Positions 1 through 10,591 of a stretch of 43,325 bases of DNA are shown here, piece by piece; position 1 is the stretch's first letter, and every line of letters begins with the position of its first letter. Both the position numbers and the translations under genes were made by a program. The stretch covers positions 1-43,325 of the forward strand of contig CALZLE010000247.1 in assembly GCA_945788205.1 (NCBI GenBank), read 5' to 3'. The notes below the pieces were generated by a model that searched no databases, was not told where the DNA came from, and worked only from the letters and a program-made list of their open reading frames with translations. Source of the stretch: an uncultured Desulfuromonadales bacterium (GTDB lineage Bacteria; Desulfobacterota; Desulfuromonadia; Desulfuromonadales; Geopsychrobacteraceae).

Positions 1-17
1 AGGGCTTTCTTACAATG

Positions 18-95
18 TGGCGTCCCCAGGGGGATTCGAACCCCCGTCGCCGCCGTGAAAGGGCGGTGTCCTGGGCCAGGCTAGACGATAGGGAC
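18..95 (-). tRNA. tRNA-Glu (anticodon TTC)
   Basis: Reverse complement GTCCCTATCGTCTAGCCTGGCCCAGGACACCGCCC-TTTCACG-GCGG...GGTTCGAATCCCCCTGGGGACGCCA folds as a cloverleaf and has an encoded CCA. Confidence 0.97.
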
Positions 96-148
96 TTAAA
101 ACTGCTAAGTCCCTGCGGAAATTGTATCCGCAGGATGCTACATATAAA

Positions 149-223
149 TGGTGAGCCGGGGGGGATCGAACCCACGACCATCTGATTAAAAGTCAGATGC
201 TCTACCAACTGAGCTACCGGCCC
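149..223 (-). tRNA. tRNA-Lys (anticodon TTT); T-stem appears one base short
   Basis: Reverse complement GGGCCGGTAGCTCAGTTGGTAGAGCATCTGACTTTTAATCAGATGGTCGTGGGTTCGATCCCCCCCGGCTCACCA, 75 nt. Confidence 0.93.
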
Positions 224-238
224 GTGCAACGGAGACCT

Positions 239-267
239 GTTATACGTGAATCATTTTAACGGGTCAA
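239..267 (-). promoter_or_regulatory. sigma70-type promoter of the tRNA-Lys/tRNA-Glu operon
   Basis: Minus strand TTGACC-N17-TATAAC ending about 15 nt before tRNA-Lys. Confidence 0.7.
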
Positions 268-294
268 CCTTTTTTTAAACTTTTTACCGCTTTT

Positions 295-2929
<2,635 letters not shown>

Positions 2930-3041
2930 CTATTAGCTCCATACCACCGGAAAACCTTCCCCGGCAGCGGTGGTAAATATTCGACTTACCGCAGTCCCCA
3001 AAACCACGGCCGCCAGCACAGAAACTCTGGCCGAACGTGGC

Positions 3042-3071
3042 AATCTATCAACAGTTTGGTGCCGATGTCAA
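3042..3071 (-). promoter_or_regulatory. Putative sigma70 promoter of hisZ-purA
   Basis: Minus strand TTGACA-N18-TAGATT with an extended -10 TGn. Confidence 0.55.
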
Positions 3072-3216
3072 GAGAGCGAAAAGCAGGCGGACATGAATTG
3101 TTTGCGGGGCGGATTTTACCCCCAATAAACCCCACCGTCAGCAAACTTGATTTTAATGAGATAAATGATAAAGGTTAGGTATAAGAGCAGCTCACACAGC
3201 GCGCAGGGAGGCGATA

Positions 3217-3825
3217 ATGGCTAATTTTGAACAGGCATATCAGATCACTCTTGGTCATGAGGGCGGTTATGTTTTTGATCCGGATGATGCCGGTGGCGAA
3301 ACCTATAAAGGGGTAGCGCGACGCTATCATCCCGGCTGGGCAGGTTGGGCCAGCATTGATAAGATCAAAAAACAGGCGACAAACCGACGACAGCTGAACA
3401 AAAAGCTGGGCGAAGATGAGGATTTACAAAAACAAATTCGTGACTTCTACAAACAACACTACTGGGATCGCTTTCAGGGGGACGCCGTCGATTCACAGGA
3501 TTTAGCCGAAGAGATGTTCGACACCGGGGTCAATATGGGTGTCCATCGTTCGGTACGCTTTCTCCAGGAAGGTTTAAATCTGCTCAACAGAAACCAGAAA
3601 AGCTTTAAAGATATTCTCGAAGACGGCAAATCAGGACCGGGAACTCTGGCGGCACTCAACAAATATCTGGCCAAAGATTCCGCCGAACACCTGCTGAAAA
3701 TTATGAATATCCTGCAGGGGATGCACTACATCGAATACATGCGCAAAAGCCCGACGCAAGAAAAATATGCCCGCGGCTGGCTGAAGCGGGTTTGCATCGA
3801 GCGCGGGCGTGGAGGTGTTGGATGA
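3217..3825 (+). CDS. Glycoside hydrolase family 108 muramidase with C-terminal peptidoglycan-binding domain (TtsA/ZliS-like)
   Basis: HEGGYVFDPDDAGGETYKGV catalytic signature, FDTGVNMG, DGxxGPGTL and YARGWLKR; no signal peptide; GGAGG RBS. Confidence 0.9.
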   Translation: MANFEQAYQITLGHEGGYVFDPDDAGGETYKGVARRYHPGWAGWASIDKIKKQATNRRQLNKKLGEDEDLQKQIRDFYKQHYWDRFQGDAVDSQDLAEEMFDTGVNMGVHRSVRFLQEGLNLLNRNQKSFKDILEDGKSGPGTLAALNKYLAKDSAEHLLKIMNILQGMHYIEYMRKSPTQEKYARGWLKRVCIERGRGGVG

Positions 3826-4499
3826 ACTACATGAAATTGATCCCCGGCCTGCTCATCTTTCTGTTGCTGCTTGGTGGCTGCGCAAAAATTCCTCAGGAAT
3901 CGGTCACACTGTCGGTCGCTCTGGGCAATCAGATTGCCAGCCTGGAACAGGCACATTTGGCGTTGCTCGATAGTTTTTTCAGCGAAAAGGAACGGCAGGT
4001 TGATCAATTCATCAAAGAAGAGTGGGCGCCTGAATTCAGCAAAATCTTCTTCAACAACGAGAAGATCCGGAGCAAATGGGAGCAGGTCAGCAACTCAAAC
4101 AATCCCGCCGACCGAACCGCTTTCCTCAACTGGGTCGGACCGGTCATCCAGCAGAAGATTATCGACAAACGCCAACAATTGATCGCCCCCTTGGCCGAAA
4201 CCGAACGCCAGCTTCGCCGGCAACTGCAGCAAAGTTACCTGCAAGCCTATAACATGAATGACAGCCTGACTCAGCTGCTGAGTTCGGCAGCAACCCTGCA
4301 GAACAAACAGCAGCACTACCAGAAGCTGCTCGGAATTGAGGACAGCAAAGTCAGTGAAGGTTTGGGACAGGTTGACCAGGCGGTCGGTCAGCTGCTCGGC
4401 AAAGCGGAGGCGGTCAGCGGACAGGTTGAGCGGACTGAGGCATACCTGCAATCGCTCCGCACACTGGCAACCCTCTTTACCGGGAAAGGGAGCGAATAA
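3822..4499 (+). CDS. Uncharacterised alpha-helical / coiled-coil lipoprotein
   Basis: Signal peptide with lipobox LLLLGG-C; ATGA overlap with the GH108 stop; Q/E/L-rich heptad-like body. Confidence 0.8.
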   Translation: MNYMKLIPGLLIFLLLLGGCAKIPQESVTLSVALGNQIASLEQAHLALLDSFFSEKERQVDQFIKEEWAPEFSKIFFNNEKIRSKWEQVSNSNNPADRTAFLNWVGPVIQQKIIDKRQQLIAPLAETERQLRRQLQQSYLQAYNMNDSLTQLLSSAATLQNKQQHYQKLLGIEDSKVSEGLGQVDQAVGQLLGKAEAVSGQVERTEAYLQSLRTLATLFTGKGSE

Positions 4500-4777
4500 T
4501 GCCAATAACTTTTGATGACATAGATCTCCAAAGCATTGCCGATGATGCTGCGCAGCAAACCGACCAACAGCTGCAGGCACAGATCTCCTCATTGACCCGG
4601 CTGACCGACGCTGAGATCGCCGAGCTTTTCCCAAAGGCTCCAGATGCCAAGAAAATGGTCGAACTGATGAAAATTGTCCGTTCCAGCCAGTCAGAGAACG
4701 ACAAGGTTGTTCAATTGGTCAACAACAGTGAAAGGCTTGCCGGAACCGTACTGAAGCTGTTGCTGAAACTGGCCTGA
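4499..4777 (+). CDS. Small uncharacterised helical protein (92 aa)
   Basis: TAATG coupling to the lipoprotein stop; GGGAG RBS; amphipathic C-terminus LAGTVLKLLLKLA. Confidence 0.75.
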   Translation: MPITFDDIDLQSIADDAAQQTDQQLQAQISSLTRLTDAEIAELFPKAPDAKKMVELMKIVRSSQSENDKVVQLVNNSERLAGTVLKLLLKLA

Positions 4778-4841
4778 TAAAGAGATCAGCCTGACGGAAG
4801 GGTCAACTTCAATATCCCGGAATGAAGACGTAAGATTTATA

Positions 4842-5717
4842 TTAAGTTTGCGATTCGTCCTTTAAGGACGCACTTACCTGATCGGCTATTTTTTTCCCGT
4901 AGTGCTTTTCTAAACAGGGATCGCAAATCCCGTGGGTAAACTGGGCTTCCGAATGGCTTTCTATGTAAGCCTCTATCTGGTTCCAGTAGCCCTTATCATC
5001 GCGTATTTCCTTGCAAAACATACAAATAGGGAGAATCCCTTGTAGCGCCTTTATTTCTTCTTCTGCCCTTTTTTGTTCAATCAAACTTTTGTCCAGGTTC
5101 CTGAAGCCCCAATACAAGGCAAACAATAGAAAACCGGACACGGCAAATGGCAAGATCGAAGCATACCAGATGAGTCTGTCTAACGATGTGACTTGCTGGG
5201 TAATGTTGTAATAGAGCTCAAAAGCGCCTCTGAACTTCTCGCCCTGCATAGAAGGAACATAAACCTCTACGACATCTACCTGGTACGTCTGACCTTCCAG
5301 CGACTTGGCATCTTTTTTTACAAGTTCAGAAAATACCTGCCCCTTGGCGACCTTCTCGTGAAAATAGGCACGGTTGTTCAGCCGGCCAATATCTGTTTTA
5401 TCTGTCGAATAGACAGCAACCCCTTTTGCTGAGAAAATTTTCATTTTACGCAAAGCGAAGTCAGACATGTAGCTATCTAATAAACGGATCTCTACAGGCC
5501 CTGGCTCTTCTCCTTTCAATATCGACAGCCAGCCACCTGTTTTCTGCAGTTCATATTCCATATGTTGTGCGAGGCGTATGGCAGAATCTTCAATATTTCT
5601 CGTTAAAAACACACTGAAGTTAGGATAAATCAGGAAGATATTGACAATAGGAACGGCCAGCGCGACGACCAGAGCGCCCACTAACAGCCGGTTAAGTTTT
5701 TTATTCTGAAAGACCAT
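4842..5717 (-). CDS. Two-TM membrane sensor protein with periplasmic domain and C-terminal Cys4 domain (no kinase core)
   Basis: Two hydrophobic segments flank an ~150 aa periplasmic region, followed by a short coiled coil and LPICMFCKEIRDD..W...THGICDPC; start set at MVFQ after AGGGAA. Confidence 0.8.
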   Translation of the reverse strand: MVFQNKKLNRLLVGALVVALAVPIVNIFLIYPNFSVFLTRNIEDSAIRLAQHMEYELQKTGGWLSILKGEEPGPVEIRLLDSYMSDFALRKMKIFSAKGVAVYSTDKTDIGRLNNRAYFHEKVAKGQVFSELVKKDAKSLEGQTYQVDVVEVYVPSMQGEKFRGAFELYYNITQQVTSLDRLIWYASILPFAVSGFLLFALYWGFRNLDKSLIEQKRAEEEIKALQGILPICMFCKEIRDDKGYWNQIEAYIESHSEAQFTHGICDPCLEKHYGKKIADQVSASLKDESQT

Positions 5718-6234
5718 ACATTCCCTACCAATACGAGTTTCAAAACAGCCTGAGGACTTGCTACATTCTACCATGAATAGAATAGTCACGAATTATCAGA
5801 AATCTAAATTCTGTGTGCATATGCTTGCCTAAACCAGCCACCAGCTCTTACTTCAAACCCGTCATTGATTCTGATATTAAAACAGCCACCCAAAACTACG
5901 TACGGGCAGCTTTTTTATATCTCAAAATTCTATAGACAAGTGAGATTTAGAGGAAACCCCCAGTGGCAGCACTTTTGATATTTGAGACGTGATCAGATTT
6001 AATGACTCGCGAGCCTTGAATTTAAGAGAAACTTTTTGATGCTACCTATGCGAAGCGCGGATCAGCGGAAATAGTTGTTCCGAAGCTGAGATAACAACTC
6101 CTTACATTTGAAAAGTTATTCTGATTATTGAAGGCAGCAAGCGTTCCGGCTTGTTATCGTCTCAGGGCGTTCTGGGGCTTTACACATTGGAACACCGTCT
6201 CTTGTTTGTTGGCGGGTTCACTCTTCAAGCGGTC

Positions 6235-6510
6235 TTGCTATCACGAATAGCAGTGGCGGAAATCTTTACAATCCTCACGATCCCATAGCCACAGCAGCAC
6301 AACTGTTTGAAATACAGACAACAATCTGAGTGGCCTGAAACTTGCTTACCCAAACGTTTTGATCCGCACGCAACTGTCCTGTGAAGATCCGCTCTTTTAT
6401 CGGGTCCGGGTTGAGGAGTATCGTGTCCCTTTATCACATTGAAGATGATGTCCTTATTGTTCTGGTCGTCCATATACGTCCATCGGAAGGATATTTGTCG
6501 CTTTTTAATC
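6235..6510 (+). pseudogene. Decayed RelE/ParE-family toxin
   Basis: Across two +1 frameshifts it reads FYRVRVEEYRV/LYHIEDDVLIVLVVHIR/HRKDICR, matching the RelE C-terminal pattern YRxRVGDYRxxYxIxDxxxxVxVxxIGHRKDxY; the 5' boundary is approximate. Confidence 0.7.
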
Positions 6511-6686
6511 GATAACGGAACAGTTATGTCAGGGAGCCTTTGTTCTTAACGACTTACACCGTTGCGTTTTTTTAACCGGCCTGCATTGATTTAATTAAGA
6601 GAAAATTACTTATAATTGAAATTTGTTTCTAGACAAGCCAAGAACGTTAACTTTGATTCGCATTGTGCGGAGGGAGGAAGGAAATT

Positions 6687-7271
6687 ATGAAGAGGCTATT
6701 GGGAATTCTGTTGTTGTTACTTGCTATAACTTCACCGGCATTTGCCTTGCCTACAGTGGCAGGCGAATACACGGGAGGGCAATTCGGCATGCTGGAGACT
6801 CCACAGTATCTGTCGCCTTCTGCTCCTGATGGGCAGATAGCAATGGGTGTGGCTTTCGTCAGTAATCCTCATTTCTTCGATGCTAACGTACTTACGTTGG
6901 CTTCGGGAATGTATAATTCAAGTGGTGAATTTGTTATCGATAATTATGAGCTTCACCCATCATTGAGTATCAAAGTGGATCTGCCTGATACTCCTACAGG
7001 GAGTTTTGACGGTTTTATGACTTTCGGTGAAGATTTCTACAACGTTTCAGGTACAAAGCACACTCTATCTGGTGACATTCTCGCTCTTGCCTTTGAAATA
7101 GGGCTACTTGACGACATGGATCTTTCTGGCACCGGTAATGGTAACGGTGGTGGTAATCTCATAGGTGGTAGTGGAAATAATGCACCAGTGCCAGAACCGA
7201 GCACATGGATACTTCTAAGTAGTGGTCTTGCGGGCCTTGCTTGGTATGGCCGAAAGCGGAAGAAAGCATAG
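6687..7271 (+). CDS. PEP-CTERM exosortase-sorted surface protein
   Basis: Sec signal peptide (MKRLLGILLLLLAITSPAFA), Gly/Asn linker, VPEPSTWILLSSGLAGLAWYGRKRKK. Confidence 0.93.
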   Translation: MKRLLGILLLLLAITSPAFALPTVAGEYTGGQFGMLETPQYLSPSAPDGQIAMGVAFVSNPHFFDANVLTLASGMYNSSGEFVIDNYELHPSLSIKVDLPDTPTGSFDGFMTFGEDFYNVSGTKHTLSGDILALAFEIGLLDDMDLSGTGNGNGGGNLIGGSGNNAPVPEPSTWILLSSGLAGLAWYGRKRKKA

Positions 7272-7297
7272 TAATTACAAGCAATACAAACACAACG

Positions 7298-7328
7298 AAG
7301 CGGGGCCATTCAATGGTTTCGCTTTTTT
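7298..7328 (+). terminator. Rho-independent terminator after the PEP-CTERM gene
   Basis: AAGCGGGGCCAT-TCA-ATGGTTTCGCTT hairpin followed by a T run. Confidence 0.65.
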
Positions 7329-7485
7329 GTTTCAAAAGCGGCGGGTGTCACTCACTGGCACCCAAAATCACGAGGTTGTGGTTTCACTAACGGCTAATCC
7401 TCCCGCGTTTTCATACCTGAATAGAGCGGACTTGCTAGTCTGACGCTATGCTTCTTATTGACACTGCTTGATAAGGAGGGGGATC

Positions 7486-8231
7486 ATGCAGCATGTCGGC
7501 TCTGCAGCGGTTTATCATCCGCGCAAACCGCAACAGTCGCCGTTGTGGCAACTGCTCAACGATCATTATTTCGATTTCGAGTTAGGCTACGGCGAGCATT
7601 GCGTCCGCAAATACGGTTATCCGCGCAAGGTAGTCAGCGATGTGGTCTACGATTACCTCAAGTGTGGCGACCTGCGCGAAGGTTTTGCCAGGGTCCGTTG
7701 TTCCGAATGTCGCCATGAGGACCTGCCTGCCTTCAGTTGCCGGGGACGCTGGTTCTGCCCCAGTTGCCATTCCAAAAAAGGCATCCAGTTCGGCGCACAC
7801 CTGCGCGGCGAAATTCTCTATCCGGTCCCGCACCGGCAATATGTTTTCAGCATCCCGAAAATCCTCCGCCTCAATTTCAAGTGCAACCGCAAACTACTTA
7901 CCAAGCTTTGCCACTGCGCCAACCGCAGTCTGAAAAATTTTTCCGCAATGTGCTGAATCAGCCGCAAGGTGATATCGGCGCGGTGATGACGATCCAGACC
8001 TTCGGCGATTATGGGCGCTGGCGCTGGCACCCGCACCTGCATATCATTGTCGCCGATGGGCTGTTTGTGCAGAACGGCAGCTTCCGCGTCATGCCGAAGT
8101 TCGACCTCAAGCCTCTGCAGGAGTTGTTTCGCACCGCCGCTTTAAAGTTGCCGCTGAAAGAGGATCAATTTAGTGTGCACAATATCCGCTCTGATGGCAA
8201 AAACGGAACACGAAGCGTACCTTATGTTTGA
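7486..8231 (+). mobile_element. IS91-family (HUH/Y2) transposase remnant, frameshifted and 3'-truncated
   Basis: Zn-binding module CGDLREGFARVRCSEC...FSCRGRWFCPSC, PHRQYVFSIPK; frameshift near 7940 in AAAAATTTTTT; then IQTFGD..WHPHLHIIVADG (HUH); homology stops before any Y2 motif. Confidence 0.85.
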
Positions 8232-8256
8232 CAAACCCCGCCCATGTTGTTATTTT
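8228..8256 (+). promoter_or_regulatory. sigma70 promoter of the ABC/ArsR operon
   Basis: TTGACA-N17-TATTTT about 75 nt before the permease start. Confidence 0.65.
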
Positions 8257-8330
8257 CGAAAGTATGAAAATGAATCGTTCACCTCAACGTGAAGCTTACT
8301 TTCAATGATTGCCCGCCATGAGGAAACACC

Positions 8331-9488
8331 ATGAACCATTTCAAACTGACCTGGAAAAACATCGTCCGCCGCAAGAGCCGCTTTTTCTTTACCATCTCGG
8401 CGATCGCCGTGGGTATCGCCTCGCTGGTGACCTTGCTGTCGCTCGGTAGCGGACTGGAAACGGAGATCCGCAAGCAGGCGGATGTTCTGGGCGCGAATCT
8501 GGTGGTTACACCCCGGGGCTGGTGCGCCTACGAGCAGATCTCGGTCCTCACCGGGGAGACCTTGCCCGAAGCCATCCCCAACGCGGATGTGAAAAAAATC
8601 GCCGCACTCGAAGGACTGACTGCCTTCCCCTACCTGACCCAACGCACCGCCCTCAAGAACCAGCCGGTCCCGCTGCTCGGGATTCTGCCGGCCGAGATGA
8701 AACAGTTCAAGGGCTGGCAGGTCGGTCAGGGACGCTACCTGCTGGATGATGCCAATGTGGTGATCGGTTCCGGTATTGCTCGGCAATTCGAACTGAAATC
8801 TGGAGACCAGCTTACGGTCAGGGGGCAGGAATTCTCGATCAGCGGGGTTCTGCAGGAAGTCGGCAACAGCGATGATCTGGCCATCTATATGGAGCTTGCC
8901 ACCGTCCAGCAGCTTTATGCGGTCGGCGACAAGGTTTCCTTCATCGCGGTGAAGGTGGATGACATCACCCGCATCGACCAATACATTCTGGATATCCAGA
9001 ACGTGGCCAATGTTGCGGTCACCTCCGACAAGCAGCTGCTGAAGTCGGTGCTGGCCATCGTCGGCAGCGTTGGCAGTGCGCTGCAGTTGATCGCGGCGGT
9101 CGCCATCCTGGCTGCCTTTTTCGGCATCGTCAACACCATGATGACCGCCATTTACGAGCGGCGGCGGGAGATCGGCATTCTTCAGGCGATCGGCTCCAAG
9201 AAGAGGACCATCTTCTCCCTCTTCCTGTATGAATCGGCATTCTATGGTCTGTTGGGCGGGATCGTCGGAGTCGTGGTCGGTTTTGTTTTCTCCTACTTCG
9301 CCGCACCGTATATCGGTCAGAACGAGTTTACCGCCTTTCTTGGCAGCGAGCAGAGCGTGCAGCTCTTCAGCGCCGGGATCACGCTGAAAGCCCTGCTCTT
9401 CTCGATATTGGTTTCTGCCCTGGCCGGAGTCTACCCGGCGCGGCAGGCCTGCAAACTCAGCCCCGTGGAGGCAATCAGCTATGAATAA
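8331..9488 (+). CDS. MacB/FtsX/LolE-family ABC transporter permease
   Basis: N-terminal TM, large periplasmic domain, ERRREIGILQAIG, YPARQACKLSPVEAI. Confidence 0.93.
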   Translation: MNHFKLTWKNIVRRKSRFFFTISAIAVGIASLVTLLSLGSGLETEIRKQADVLGANLVVTPRGWCAYEQISVLTGETLPEAIPNADVKKIAALEGLTAFPYLTQRTALKNQPVPLLGILPAEMKQFKGWQVGQGRYLLDDANVVIGSGIARQFELKSGDQLTVRGQEFSISGVLQEVGNSDDLAIYMELATVQQLYAVGDKVSFIAVKVDDITRIDQYILDIQNVANVAVTSDKQLLKSVLAIVGSVGSALQLIAAVAILAAFFGIVNTMMTAIYERRREIGILQAIGSKKRTIFSLFLYESAFYGLLGGIVGVVVGFVFSYFAAPYIGQNEFTAFLGSEQSVQLFSAGITLKALLFSILVSALAGVYPARQACKLSPVEAISYE

Positions 9489-10155
9489 CCCCATCATCCG
9501 CACCGAAAAGCTCTCCAAGATCTACGACAGCGGATTTCGGACGGTCGCCCTGCAGGACGTCGATCTGCAGATCCCCAAAGGGAGCCTCTCCTGCATCATG
9601 GGACCCTCGGGCCACGGCAAGAGCACCCTGCTGCATCTGATCGGCGGCCTCGACCGGCCGACCTCGGGAAAAGTTTTTCTCGATGATATGGAGCTGACCT
9701 CCGTCGATGGCAATCGCCTGGCGGAAATCCGCTCCAGGAAGATCGGCTTCGTGTTTCAGTTCTTCAACCTGCTGCCCGTGCTGACCGCGTTGGAAAACGT
9801 CCAGGTGGCGATGATGCTGGCCGGGATAGGGAAAAAAGAGCAGGAAGAGCGGGCCACCGAGCTGCTCAACCTGGTGGGCCTCGAAGACAAACTGCAGTCT
9901 AAGCCGAACCAGCTCTCCGGCGGTCAGCGACAGCGGGTGGCCATCGCCAGGGCGCTGGCCAACGACCCGGAGATCCTGCTGATGGATGAGCCGAGCGGCA
10001 ACCTCGACAGCCGCTCGGAAGAGGAACTGCTGGAGCAGATCGCTAAAGTCAACGGCCAGGGGAAAACCGTCGTCATCGTCACCCATTCGGAGACCGTCGC
10101 CGCCATGGCGAAGGAGACCTTTTGCATCCGCGACGGGGAGCTGGCGGTCGACTAA
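9481..10155 (+). CDS. LolD/MacB-type ABC ATP-binding protein
   Basis: GPSGHGKST, IGFVFQFFNL, LSGGQRQRVAIARAL, DEPSGNLD, IVTH. Confidence 0.95.
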   Translation: MNNPIIRTEKLSKIYDSGFRTVALQDVDLQIPKGSLSCIMGPSGHGKSTLLHLIGGLDRPTSGKVFLDDMELTSVDGNRLAEIRSRKIGFVFQFFNLLPVLTALENVQVAMMLAGIGKKEQEERATELLNLVGLEDKLQSKPNQLSGGQRQRVAIARALANDPEILLMDEPSGNLDSRSEEELLEQIAKVNGQGKTVVIVTHSETVAAMAKETFCIRDGELAVD

Positions 10156-10195
10156 AGGAAAGTCACACACACCAACAAACACGGAGGATAACAAC

Positions 10196-10591
10196 ATGAA
10201 CGTATTTGGGAAATGGGGCATCGTCGGTTTGCTCGTGGTGTTGCTGGGCGCAGGCCTGGCCCTGGCCATGGGGAGCCGGCCCGGAACCTCGGGCCCGGCA
10301 GGAGCACTGGATGTCAACAGCGTGGCTTCCGACCCATCCGCCTATAAAGGCAGCATCCAGGTCCGAGGGGCCGTTGCCAACGTATATCCTGCCGATTCCG
10401 TTTTTCTCCTTATCGACATCCGGGAGTACAAAGCCTGCGGTGTGGTGACCTGCGCCTCCAAATCCGTGCCGGTCCGCTATGCGGGGACCCCGCCAAAGGT
10501 GGAAGAGGAACTGGTGATCACGGGGGAGATGGTTTCCTCCCCAAAGGGTTATGTCCTGGAAGGAAAAGACCTCCAGAGATTGGAAAATTGA
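10196..10591 (+). CDS. Exported or membrane-anchored small beta-rich (OB-fold-like) protein with CxxxxC
   Basis: GGAGG RBS; N-terminal hydrophobic helix; DPSAYKGSIQVRGAV and LVITGEMV resemble OB strands; YKACGVVTCA. Confidence 0.7.
   Translation: MNVFGKWGIVGLLVVLLGAGLALAMGSRPGTSGPAGALDVNSVASDPSAYKGSIQVRGAVANVYPADSVFLLIDIREYKACGVVTCASKSVPVRYAGTPPKVEEELVITGEMVSSPKGYVLEGKDLQRLEN

Noticed and set aside
3217-4777. Prophage lysis cassette
   Set aside because: No holin-like TM protein, no Rz/Rz1 arrangement and no other phage genes nearby; retained as an unexplained module instead
7930-7950. Programmed ribosomal frameshift at AAAAATTTTTT in the transposase
   Set aside because: IS91-family transposases are single ORFs and this copy is also truncated, so decay is the simpler explanation
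8250-10317. 422-aa and 280-aa minus-strand ORFs
   Set aside because: Antisense shadows of the GC-rich ABC permease and ATPase genes
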